From the IMG/VR virus record IMGVR_UViG_3300034524_000090, positions 1-64,000 of that record: a DNA stretch of 64,000 nt; one strand, 5' to 3'. Shown here piece after piece: positions 7,496-16,711 of the stretch (its first letter is position 1; each line of letters starts with the position of its first letter). The translations under genes and the position numbers were made by a program. The notes below the pieces were generated by a model. That model did no database searches and was not told the DNA's origin. It worked only from the letters and a program-made list of their open reading frames with translations. Source of the stretch: a virus.

Positions 7496-7510
7496 AGGGA
7501 ATAACTCAAA
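7496..7510 (+). repeat. 15-bp direct repeat copy 2 (AGGGAATAACTCAAA)
   Basis: Identical to 4998-5012. Confidence 0.85.
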
Positions 7511-7576
7511 ACAATAAGCGTTATCCTGAATATTAGTCAGGATTCTTTCTTGTTAATATTTTAGCTAGTTTGGGGG

Positions 7577-8542
7577 ATGGGGATGAAAATCATTGAAGCA
7601 ACAGGAGGGAAGTCTAATAAACAAATCAGCATTACTGAGGAGATTGCGCTTAGGCGGCAAATAACCGAAAAAGAACGAGAAAACGAAGAACTAAAACAGT
7701 TACTTGAGAATTATAAAACTCAAGTAAAACAATTGACGGGGGAACGAGATGACTTAATAAGACAATTAAAAAACACTCAAAATCAGTTAAATTCTTTTCT
7801 GAAAGAACGAGAAAAATTTCTTGAGGAAAAAGAGCGGTTAATTCAAACCAGAAATTCGTTACAAAATCAACTTCGTGAATTACAAACTGAGTTGCATAAT
7901 TATGCAGACAAGGTTAAAAAATTACAAAAAGAGAATGAAGAACTTAGGCAGTTTAAAGAGCAGATAGAAAAGCATAATGGCGAGATTTTGGGTGATATTG
8001 ATAATTTACAATCAATGGATGAAGATTTAATAGTCTCATTGTTAACCCCTGCTGAATATAAAATTTATCAACACCGTAAACAAAAATATCTTGATGAATT
8101 TGAAATAAATTCTTCTTCGGATTTGATTTTATTACAAGATACATTATTTCATGAGATTATGCATGTAAGACTTTTACAGCAGAAATATCAAGATCCCAAA
8201 GCTGATGTTTTAAAACAGATTGAAGAATGTGTCGGTAGAATCCAAAAAAATTTAGAGGCTTTAGGTATGCTGAGAAAGCAGAGGTTAACACAAAAAGAAC
8301 AGGTAGAAGCATCGATTGCAGACCTGATCATGCAGTTTGACAAGGAAAAATTACTGCATAAGACAGAATTGTATACTGAAGAAGAACAGAGAGAAGCTTT
8401 ATTAAAACAAGAGCGAGATAAAGAACTTGTAGACTATGAGAGTGCTGTTAAAAAATTCCATGAAGTCTTTTTGCAAGCCCCCGTTGTCGATAATACGGAT
8501 GGGGTTGAGATAGATGGCGACACCGAAGAAGTTGTTGAGTAA
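7577..8542 (+). CDS. coiled-coil protein, candidate terminase small subunit
   Basis: Long heptad-rich N-terminus; immediately upstream of and overlapping terL. Confidence 0.5.
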   Translation: MGMKIIEATGGKSNKQISITEEIALRRQITEKERENEELKQLLENYKTQVKQLTGERDDLIRQLKNTQNQLNSFLKEREKFLEEKERLIQTRNSLQNQLRELQTELHNYADKVKKLQKENEELRQFKEQIEKHNGEILGDIDNLQSMDEDLIVSLLTPAEYKIYQHRKQKYLDEFEINSSSDLILLQDTLFHEIMHVRLLQQKYQDPKADVLKQIEECVGRIQKNLEALGMLRKQRLTQKEQVEASIADLIMQFDKEKLLHKTELYTEEEQREALLKQERDKELVDYESAVKKFHEVFLQAPVVDNTDGVEIDGDTEEVVE

Positions 8543-10112
8543 TACTGAAGTTGAATTTGTTAATTTTCTTCGAGAACATCCTGATATAGCGGCAGAATTG
8601 CTTTTAAATTACCGTGGAAAACCTGTTAGGTTAAACTGGTATCAAAGAGATTTGCTGAAAAAGTTTTGGAAAAGACAGTTTGGATTAATTATTTGGTCAC
8701 GTGGCGCAGGTAAGAGTTTTATTATGGCCGTAGTTGCTATTTTAAAAGCTTTATTGTATCCCCATCATGCGGTTTTGATTGTGGCTGGTTCTTATCGTCA
8801 GGCCCAAAACGTATTCAAAGAAGTTAGTAAAATTTGGGATGAAAGTGTTTTTGTACAACAGAGTACGACAAAACCTCCTTCGATGACACCTGTTAGGTGT
8901 GAAGTTATTTTTAAACACGGCAGTAGGATTTCGGCCTTACCTCTTGGCGATGGTAATAAAATTCGTGGTGAACGATGCCAGACTTTGATTGTTGATGAGT
9001 TTTTAGCTGTACCTGAAGATGTGGTTGATACTGTATTACTTCCCTTCTTGAACGTAGGTTCCGATCCTTGGTCTGCTTCAGCCACAGAAAACTCAATTTT
9101 GTTTGGCACTACTGCCACTTATCAGTTTAACCACGTTTATAGGCGGTATCAACTTTTTCAGGAAAAAACTAATCCTAATTCTCCTGAATATGATCCGAAT
9201 TATGTTTTGTCGGTAATGAATATTTTTGATGCCCCAAAAGATTGGCTAAATGTTAAGATGCTAACAATGCAGTTAAAAACCATGAGCCGAGTTAAGTGGC
9301 TGATGGAAAATATGTCTATGTTTCCTGCTGATTCTGAGGGATATTATTCGGCTAAAGAGATTAATGATGCACGTAAAGATTTTGTCTATGTAGAACACAT
9401 AGGACAACCTGATGCTGAGTATGTTTTAGGTATTGACCCTGGCCGTGAGAGTTCTAATTTTGCTACTACGGTAATCAAATTAGGCGATAGTCAGCATCAA
9501 TGGGTTTTCACAAAAGCTTTAACTCGTAAAACAACTCAGGAACAGATAAATTTAATCCGTGAAATTGTTAGAAAGTTCAATATTGTATTAATTGAGATGG
9601 ACGAAGGTGGGGGCGGTCTTAATCTACGAGATTATTTGGCCGAACCCTACAAATTTTATGATAAGCAAAGAGGCATTTGGGTTGAAGAACCCCCAATTGT
9701 TCCCATTGATAGTAATTTACCTGGGTTAAGGATTTTGGAATTAAAACACTGTACTGCCAAAGAAAATACAGAAATGAATGAAAATCTACGTACATGGCTT
9801 GAAAATGAGACCTTAATTTTACCAAGACGAGAACCTGAAAAAAACGAAGAACAAAGGAAAATTTTTTATGAAATTGAAGAGGCGATTAATGAGATTTTAG
9901 ATGTAACAGCTACTCCTTTAGAATCTGGTTATTTTAGATTTACTACTAAATCTTCTCGCAAAAAAGACCGTTATAGTTCTTTATTGTTGGCTAGTGCAGG
10001 TGTTAAACAGTATTTAGCCAGAAAACGCAAGAAACCAAATGGGGACTATGAACTGCGAGGATTAGTGGTAGACGGAGTACCTTGGCAGAATAATTTTCTT
10101 TTGGCAATGTAA
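8514..10112 (+). CDS. terL: terminase large subunit
   Basis: WYQ adenine motif, SRGAGKS Walker A, LIVDE Walker B, VLGIDPG and KKDRYS nuclease acidic motifs. Confidence 0.92.
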   Translation: MATPKKLLSNTEVEFVNFLREHPDIAAELLLNYRGKPVRLNWYQRDLLKKFWKRQFGLIIWSRGAGKSFIMAVVAILKALLYPHHAVLIVAGSYRQAQNVFKEVSKIWDESVFVQQSTTKPPSMTPVRCEVIFKHGSRISALPLGDGNKIRGERCQTLIVDEFLAVPEDVVDTVLLPFLNVGSDPWSASATENSILFGTTATYQFNHVYRRYQLFQEKTNPNSPEYDPNYVLSVMNIFDAPKDWLNVKMLTMQLKTMSRVKWLMENMSMFPADSEGYYSAKEINDARKDFVYVEHIGQPDAEYVLGIDPGRESSNFATTVIKLGDSQHQWVFTKALTRKTTQEQINLIREIVRKFNIVLIEMDEGGGGLNLRDYLAEPYKFYDKQRGIWVEEPPIVPIDSNLPGLRILELKHCTAKENTEMNENLRTWLENETLILPRREPEKNEEQRKIFYEIEEAINEILDVTATPLESGYFRFTTKSSRKKDRYSSLLLASAGVKQYLARKRKKPNGDYELRGLVVDGVPWQNNFLLAM

Positions 10113-10127
10113 TCGGGGGGATTAATA

Positions 10128-12326
10128 TTGGCACGTCGAAAAGCTAAAGGTCAAGAAATTGTTTTACCAGATGAAATAGTAGGCAAACAAGGACATTTAT
10201 TAGGTGTTCAAGATAATCCCGATGGGAGTAAGTCGCTTTATATTGCTTACTCTCCTTTGGCATATAAAGATGAAACCATAGAGGAATTAAAAAAGGCTGG
10301 TGCTTCAGCAACAGTTTTTAACCGCTATAATCCTGTTTACTATCCTGTTGAAAGTTATTATTCTTCTTCTTTGGGGTTACCTTATTCAAATGCTATTACT
10401 ATCCCCACCGATCCCCATGAGAGAATGAAGCTTTGCAAAGAAATTCGTATTTTAGAACCTGTTGTGGGTACAGTTGTTGATATTTTAGTTGATATATCGT
10501 TTAATGGCTTTAAAATTGATACTACTGGCGACGAGAAAATAGATAATTTTTACCATGAATTTAATAAAGCTGTTGATATGGATACTGTTTTAAACTGGAT
10601 TTTCCAGGAATATTACGATTCTGGTAATGTTACGGTTTATCGTGATTTAGATCCTTCAGGTTTGCCGACAGGTTATACTGTTTTAAACCCTTTGTGTGTC
10701 TATATTGAGGGGTCATTATTGTTTAATAATGAGATTGTGACAATCGATATAAGCAAAGAACTAGGACGTTTAAATCAACTTTCACCAGATTTTCGGCAAC
10801 AGGTAATAAATAATTTTCCTTCTGATTTGCGTAAATTATTCGATGGCAATACTTCTGGCCGTATTCCTTTACCGCCTGAAAGAGTTTCAAGGATAACTAG
10901 AAAAAAACAACCTTATGAACGTTATGCTACACCGATGTTAACTAGACTTATTTTTCCTGTTTTATTTAAACATAAATTACACTTAATGGATTTATCGACT
11001 ATTGAGGGTGTAATAAATCAGCTTATGATAGTTACAGTAGGTGATAAAGATCATCCACCTACAGATCAGACGTTAAAACAAGTAGCCAGTTTATTTTTAA
11101 CTCCTAAAAAAAGTTTTAGCGTATTTTGGGATTGGACATTGAAGGTCGATATTAAAACTCCTAATGCAATTGAAACGCTTTATCAGGATAAATATAAACA
11201 AGTTGATGATGATATTTCTAAGGGACTAGGGGTTCCACGGACTTTAATCGATGGTAGTGGAGCCAATTATTCTACTGCTTTTATAGCAGTTCAGATGCTT
11301 ATTGAACGTGCTTCTCGTGAAGTAATGGCAGTTAAAAATTGGCTAGAAAAAGAATATCAAGAAATTGCCCGTATAAAGGGTTTTAAAACTTATCCTAAAG
11401 TTCGTTTTGATAAAACTCAACTACGCCAGGAAACTTATGTACGTCAAATTCTTTCGCCGCTTTATGATCGTGGCTTATTGAGTGCTGAGACTATTTTAAC
11501 CGAGGCAGGCTTTAATTATCAATCTGAATTAGAACGTAAAAAACGTTATATGGACGATAATCTACAACAGTATTTTATTCCTCCTGCACTTCCCTATACT
11601 GGCAAAACACCTAATCCATTACAACATCAAGGTCGTGAGCCAGGGAATCCTAGTCAGGATTATCAACGCGATATAGTAAACACTCCTGATAGTGGCCCTA
11701 AGAATATAAGAAAACCTGATCAAGCTACTAAAGCTGTAAAAGATATAAATGAGGTTTTGGATGCCTATATTGATAAATATAATAAAAATTTTTTAGAAAT
11801 TTATGACGGGGTTTGGGATGATTTAGTTACTATATATAATAATGAGGGGGATTCTTGGGAGGAAAAACAGAAAAAAATTGCTCGTGTATTTGAAGCATTT
11901 AAAGAAACTGCTTTTGATAAAACTTTTAACATAATGTCTGAAGCAATGACAGAATTTCATGATCCTGATCCTCATGATTTATTAAAACTATCTTTTTGGC
12001 ATGGTGGAGCTTTAAATAAATTAGTCCATGATCTTTCTAAAGAGGTATATCAGACTAAAAATTTAGATGAACTAAAACAGGTTTTTGATTCTAATCGTTA
12101 TCGAGTTAGCCTTTTTGCTACAGAAGGTATAATGGAAAGTTACCGTATAGCTGAATTAGCCAATTTTAAAAATAATGGCATTAGTCAAGTAAGATGGATT
12201 GCTATGATGGATGATCGTGTATGCTCAGTTTGTGCTAGTAGACATGGGGTGGTGTATCCGATAAATGCTGTGCCAAGAAGGCCCCACATTCTATGTAGAT
12301 GTTATTTAGAACCAGTTTATGATTAG
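10128..12326 (+). CDS. portal protein fused to a C-terminal MuF (SPP1 gp7-like) head morphogenesis domain
   Basis: Follows terL; portal-like body (EYYDSGNVTVY, LGVPRTLI); C-terminal WIAMMDDRVCSVC...PRRPHILCRC MuF signature. Confidence 0.8.
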   Translation: MARRKAKGQEIVLPDEIVGKQGHLLGVQDNPDGSKSLYIAYSPLAYKDETIEELKKAGASATVFNRYNPVYYPVESYYSSSLGLPYSNAITIPTDPHERMKLCKEIRILEPVVGTVVDILVDISFNGFKIDTTGDEKIDNFYHEFNKAVDMDTVLNWIFQEYYDSGNVTVYRDLDPSGLPTGYTVLNPLCVYIEGSLLFNNEIVTIDISKELGRLNQLSPDFRQQVINNFPSDLRKLFDGNTSGRIPLPPERVSRITRKKQPYERYATPMLTRLIFPVLFKHKLHLMDLSTIEGVINQLMIVTVGDKDHPPTDQTLKQVASLFLTPKKSFSVFWDWTLKVDIKTPNAIETLYQDKYKQVDDDISKGLGVPRTLIDGSGANYSTAFIAVQMLIERASREVMAVKNWLEKEYQEIARIKGFKTYPKVRFDKTQLRQETYVRQILSPLYDRGLLSAETILTEAGFNYQSELERKKRYMDDNLQQYFIPPALPYTGKTPNPLQHQGREPGNPSQDYQRDIVNTPDSGPKNIRKPDQATKAVKDINEVLDAYIDKYNKNFLEIYDGVWDDLVTIYNNEGDSWEEKQKKIARVFEAFKETAFDKTFNIMSEAMTEFHDPDPHDLLKLSFWHGGALNKLVHDLSKEVYQTKNLDELKQVFDSNRYRVSLFATEGIMESYRIAELANFKNNGISQVRWIAMMDDRVCSVCASRHGVVYPINAVPRRPHILCRCYLEPVYD

Positions 12327-12338
12327 GAGATGGTTAAA

Positions 12339-12712
12339 ATGGGACGAAGAAAACAATAGGGTGGCATTTTATTGCTGATTTGAGTTTTTGTCATTATAAC
12401 ATATATGCCGCAAAAGATTTAAAAATATTGTGTCAATATGTTGTAAGTTTGGCTGGTATGCATCAAATAGCTGATTGTGCTGTTACGGTTATTGATGGTG
12501 ATAATTCTGGTAGTAGTTGTTTGATATGTATTGTGCCTTTACAAGAGTCACATTTGTCGGTACACACTTGGCCCGAATTAAGATATGTTTCTGCTGATTT
12601 GTATACTTGTGGTGATTATCAAAGGGGCTATATGGCGTTTAAATATTTAGTTTCTTGTTTTCAGGCAGAAAAGGTCAATATACAAGAAATAGAACGTGTT
12701 GCTCATGTTTAA
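12339..12712 (+). CDS. speD: S-adenosylmethionine decarboxylase proenzyme, N-terminus out of frame (recoded or pseudogene)
   Basis: LQESHLSVHTWPE...DLYTCG motif. SD AGGAGA plus ATG 12339 reads MGRRKQ-stop, while the conserved KTIGWHFIADL N-terminus is in the -1 frame. Confidence 0.8.
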
Positions 12713-12727
12713 GGTGGTGATTTTTTC

Positions 12728-13468
12728 TTGAAAAGATTTGTTCTTGATAATTTGGCAGTTGCTTCTATAGAAGCCCCCAAACAAAAAGATCGAGATTTGC
12801 TCTATATTATGTTTAAACTTTGTCATGAAGGCCCTAATGCTAATCATGATTATTTTACTTCTGATGTTTTAAAAAATGCTTATGCAACATGCATTAATAA
12901 ACCGATTAATTGGGAACATGGTAAAGTATGTTTTGGTTTTATAGACAAAAGCGAACTAGCCAAAGAAGACGATGGAAAATATTATATTAAATGTGGTGGT
13001 TATGTTTGGCAGTATAATTTCCCCACTATTGCTAGAGAAATTACTGACGGTTTTGCTGATGGCACTCTAAAAGTGAGTATGGAATGTTGGTTTAGAGAAG
13101 CTGAATATTGGGTTGGTGATGGCGAGGATAAAGTTGTTTTAGCTGAAGATGAAGCTAGGGATTTAGGTCTTTTAAATAATAATGATCAACTGGTACGGAG
13201 TTATGAAGGAAAACCAGTATACAGAGTATTTAAAGATGTTTTATTTGGCGGTGCGGCCTTAACAAGAAATCCTGCTGATGTACAGGCTGTATTGTTGGCT
13301 GTAGCTGAAAATCAAAATACTTTTAATCCAGTAAAAATTTATCATGATGCTTTGCATAAAGCTTATGAGTTAAATTTATTTAATTCCCTTACATCTGAGG
13401 AAGTGGTAGCGGAACATAAACGGTTACATCAACAGTTTGCCAAGTTTCTTGAGAAAGGAGGAAATTAA
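12728..13468 (+). CDS. putative prohead protease
   Basis: Between portal and scaffold; KPINWEH, KVSMEC and FGGAALTRNPA motifs typical of head maturation proteases. Confidence 0.65.
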   Translation: MKRFVLDNLAVASIEAPKQKDRDLLYIMFKLCHEGPNANHDYFTSDVLKNAYATCINKPINWEHGKVCFGFIDKSELAKEDDGKYYIKCGGYVWQYNFPTIAREITDGFADGTLKVSMECWFREAEYWVGDGEDKVVLAEDEARDLGLLNNNDQLVRSYEGKPVYRVFKDVLFGGAALTRNPADVQAVLLAVAENQNTFNPVKIYHDALHKAYELNLFNSLTSEEVVAEHKRLHQQFAKFLEKGGN

Positions 13469-13470
13469 TT

Positions 13471-14847
13471 TTGGGTGTTAATGATCTTGATCAGACTTTA
13501 GTAGATAATGTGGCAAACGCAGTAGGAAATGCAATTTTATCTACTCATATTGCTGATTACGCTTCTGTGCATAAAAGTGTTGCTAAAATACCTAAAGTGG
13601 TTAATGAGCCTTCTTCGGATAGTGAGAACTGGGACTGGGACTGGACAACTTCGGCTGATCAAATCATCGAGAAGCTTGGCTGGCGGGGATTAGCCCAGGC
13701 AGTGGCTTGGTACGACCCTGATGGTGCTGAAAAGAAGGACGAAAATGGATACCCCATGTCTAAGGATTGCTACTTTCTTCCTCACCATAAACTTATTAAT
13801 GGTGAATTAACCTTAGTATGGGGCGGCGTCAGGGCCGCAATGCAGAGGCTTCTTCAAACAAAGGCCCGAAAAGAAGAAGGTAAAATTGATTCTAAAATTG
13901 ATTTTAAAGGAGCTTATGACCATTTAGTTTCTCATTATAAACATTTTGGTAAAGAGCCTCCTGATTTTGAACAAAGTAAAGGTAGTTTATTAGAAATTCC
14001 TTCGGTGGATACAGATTGGCAAATTGATCCTAATTTAAATACTGGTGATATTACAGAAATTGTATGGCAAATGTTAGAAAGATGGTTAGAGCAGGCTGAA
14101 ATGTTTATTAATTCTTTGTTGCCAAGCCCTTATGATGGCGACATTGATGATCAAACTTTAAGTCGTATTTTGAATGGTTTAGATATTTTTGATGCTTTAA
14201 AGACTAAACTTACTCAGTTATGTACTTTGTATAGCACTATAAAACAATCGCAAGGAGGTTTCAAAATGGAATTTTTAGATGAATTACTCAAAAAAATTGA
14301 GGCAGGTGAACTAACCAAAGAAGCTATCAAAGAGGCTTTGGGATTTGTAGAGGCTAGTGAAATAGAAAGTTTACAGAAAGAAATTGAGGCTTTAAAACAG
14401 GCCAAAGAAGCACTTGAACAGGAATATCAGGAATTTCGTAAGGCTGTTGAAGCAGAAAAGGAGGCTCAGAGGAAAGCTGAGTTAGCTAATACTAGGTTTA
14501 ATGAACTAGTAGAGGCTGGTATTGAATTTACTGCTGAACGTGCTGAAAAAGTTAAAGCTAAACTAGCTGAAATGTCTGATGAAGATTATGCAGATTATAA
14601 GGCAGAACTATTAGAGGTTTTGGCTTCTAACAAGAAAGCAGACACTCAAGATGTAGTTGATACTAAAAAGACTGCTGAAAAAGACAATATTTTTGATGAT
14701 GAAATTAATAATGAAGTTTATAATCCTAATTTAGCTTTTCAGTTGCGTCAACGTAGGGCGGCCTTAAATATTGAACTTAGCCCTATTACTGCTGATAATG
14801 AACTTACTGAAAAATTTCAGAAAGTTTTCTTTGGGGAGGTAAAATAA
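13471..14847 (+). CDS. head protein with C-terminal scaffold domain
   Basis: N-terminal LPHH...VWGGVRAAM...HLVSHYKHFGKEPP domain; C-terminal Glu/Lys coiled coil; upstream of the capsid genes. Confidence 0.65.
   Translation: MGVNDLDQTLVDNVANAVGNAILSTHIADYASVHKSVAKIPKVVNEPSSDSENWDWDWTTSADQIIEKLGWRGLAQAVAWYDPDGAEKKDENGYPMSKDCYFLPHHKLINGELTLVWGGVRAAMQRLLQTKARKEEGKIDSKIDFKGAYDHLVSHYKHFGKEPPDFEQSKGSLLEIPSVDTDWQIDPNLNTGDITEIVWQMLERWLEQAEMFINSLLPSPYDGDIDDQTLSRILNGLDIFDALKTKLTQLCTLYSTIKQSQGGFKMEFLDELLKKIEAGELTKEAIKEALGFVEASEIESLQKEIEALKQAKEALEQEYQEFRKAVEAEKEAQRKAELANTRFNELVEAGIEFTAERAEKVKAKLAEMSDEDYADYKAELLEVLASNKKADTQDVVDTKKTAEKDNIFDDEINNEVYNPNLAFQLRQRRAALNIELSPITADNELTEKFQKVFFGEVK
14266..14847 (+). 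CDS. scaffold protein from an internal in-frame start (193 aa)
   Basis: AAGGAGG at 14252-14258, 7 nt before ATG 14266 (MEFLDELLKK...). Confidence 0.65.
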   Translation: MEFLDELLKKIEAGELTKEAIKEALGFVEASEIESLQKEIEALKQAKEALEQEYQEFRKAVEAEKEAQRKAELANTRFNELVEAGIEFTAERAEKVKAKLAEMSDEDYADYKAELLEVLASNKKADTQDVVDTKKTAEKDNIFDDEINNEVYNPNLAFQLRQRRAALNIELSPITADNELTEKFQKVFFGEVK

Positions 14848-15285
14848 ATGGCAGTTAAAATGTTTTTTGACGCTAAAGCTTATCCTTCTTTTAAAGCTCC
14901 GCAGAAAGATTTGGTTGCAGGCCGTGTTGTAGTTGCTGGTACTGATGGTGTAGTAGATTATCCTGCTGATGCTACCATTGGTGGTATTAAAGGAATTATT
15001 GCTCAAAACGTTATAGCCCCTAATGTAAATACCCATATTCTACCTAGTATTAACAATGTTGCCCGCTATGGTGAAGTAGTTGGTGTTTATATCCAGCCTG
15101 GCACTATTATTGAAACCGATCAGATTGTTGATAATGTGGCTATTGGTGATGTCTTGTATGCCGCTGAAGGAGCCGATGCTGGCAAACTAACCAAGACTGA
15201 TCCTAATACTGGTACTGGTACTCCTATTGCTAAAGCATTGACTGCTGGCAATGCTGGTACTTTTGTTCGTATTATGCTTCTATAA
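14848..15285 (+). CDS. head decoration/cement protein
   Basis: Small Gly/Ala-rich beta protein directly before the capsid gene; GDVLYA..G...GKLT...PIAKA pattern. Confidence 0.65.
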   Translation: MAVKMFFDAKAYPSFKAPQKDLVAGRVVVAGTDGVVDYPADATIGGIKGIIAQNVIAPNVNTHILPSINNVARYGEVVGVYIQPGTIIETDQIVDNVAIGDVLYAAEGADAGKLTKTDPNTGTGTPIAKALTAGNAGTFVRIMLL

Positions 15286-15317
15286 TTTTTAGAATTTATC
15301 AAAGGGAGTGATATACA

Positions 15318-16190
15318 TTGTTTGATAAAGCTATGAATGAACTTGAAAAAATTAAACTAATGCAGAGTGTAGCTGAAGATCCGAAGGCCCGTAGGGCTTT
15401 TGCCGCTTCTCTTTCTATTCCTGTTCGTCAGGTAGTTGCTGAACAGACTTCTGTTCGCAGTATTTTTGCCGAAGATCCTCTTCCTGCTGGCGCTTTGGCA
15501 AGCTATCCTTGTGATTTTGGCGAAACTACTGCTTGGCTTCTCCCCCGCCTTGGGGCCACTCCTGTTAATCAGGTAGATGGCGATGAAGTTTTAGTACCTA
15601 CTTTTGAGATTACTGGCCGTATTTCCTTTAAAATGTCTTATGCACGTGATGGTCGTTACAATGTGTCGGATCGTGCAAAACAGCGTCTTGCCAATGATAT
15701 TATTAAACAGGAAGAAGAAGCAGGTTGGTCTGTTATTAGGGCCTCTGTTCCTGCTAGTAACGTGATTACTGTTGCTGGTACTGAGGGAACCTATTTCTCG
15801 AAAAAACTGATTAATGAAATGATTGCAAAAATGCAATCTATTGGACTTGAGCCTAGTTTAATTGTTTGTTCTGTTAATAGTTTTGCTGAGATCCGTGAAT
15901 GGGATAATACTAAGTTGGATGAAGTAACTCGGCGTGAAGTATTCCAAAATGCTGGCCTCAAGAGTATTTGGGGTGTACCCGTAATGGCTTTGCGTCGATT
16001 AGCTGATACTGAAGTCTATCTGTTTGATACAAGCCGTTATGGTGTGATGCCTATTCGTCAGAATCTTGTAACTTTTGACGATCCTACTGTTGTGCCTGAT
16101 CTTAAGATTGGCATTATTGCTTATGAGGAAATTGGTTTTGGTGTGCTTGATTCTAGGGCTGTCGTGAAAGGTGTTATTACTCGTAGCTAA
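15318..16190 (+). CDS. major capsid protein (HK97 fold)
   Basis: Position and size; VPTFEI, SIWGVPV, YEEIGFGVLD motifs; highly-expressed codon bias. Confidence 0.85.
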   Translation: MFDKAMNELEKIKLMQSVAEDPKARRAFAASLSIPVRQVVAEQTSVRSIFAEDPLPAGALASYPCDFGETTAWLLPRLGATPVNQVDGDEVLVPTFEITGRISFKMSYARDGRYNVSDRAKQRLANDIIKQEEEAGWSVIRASVPASNVITVAGTEGTYFSKKLINEMIAKMQSIGLEPSLIVCSVNSFAEIREWDNTKLDEVTRREVFQNAGLKSIWGVPVMALRRLADTEVYLFDTSRYGVMPIRQNLVTFDDPTVVPDLKIGIIAYEEIGFGVLDSRAVVKGVITRS

Positions 16191-16206
16191 ATAGTTCTTA
16201 TTTGGT

Positions 16207-16287
16207 ATAGCGGCCCCATGTCATAATTGTTAATGCTCCGTTTAGCGGAGAATAAATTGGTTTGAATATGCGGCATGGGGCCGCTGT
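16207..16287 (+). other. structured RNA element after the capsid gene
   Basis: AGCGGCCCCATG/CATGGGGCCGCT 12-bp stem enclosing a CTCCGT/GCGGAG inner stem; no U-tract. Confidence 0.65.
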
Positions 16288-16312
16288 TAAATAATATATA
16301 GGAGGGTTAGCG

Positions 16313-16711
16313 TTGAAATATAAAAATAATTTGTCTTGTACTTTAGTTGTAGGTAGTATTAGGTTTGAACCTCATGGTATGATTGATATAAATGAGGCGC
16401 GGTTAGGAGAGGAAAATATTAATTTATTAAAAGAGGCTATTGATAATAAATTTATTAGTAAAATTTATGATGAAGATGTTGGAGAAGTAAAGGAAGAAAA
16501 AGGTGAGACTATTGTAGTTGGTAATGTAGATGATAATTATATTAATCTATTTAATCTCCATTGGCGAGTTTTCGAGAAGGAAATAGAAAAAATTGACGAT
16601 GTAAATATTATTTTAGAACTAGAGCAGTATGCTATCGAGACAGACAAATCTTCGGCTTATAAAAAAATATTGTATAATAGGAAATTGGCATTGCAAAGAG
16701 ATGATGGATAA
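16313..16711 (+). CDS. hypothetical virion-region protein
   Basis: RBS GGAGGG; operon context. Confidence 0.65.
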   Translation: MKYKNNLSCTLVVGSIRFEPHGMIDINEARLGEENINLLKEAIDNKFISKIYDEDVGEVKEEKGETIVVGNVDDNYINLFNLHWRVFEKEIEKIDDVNIILELEQYAIETDKSSAYKKILYNRKLALQRDDG

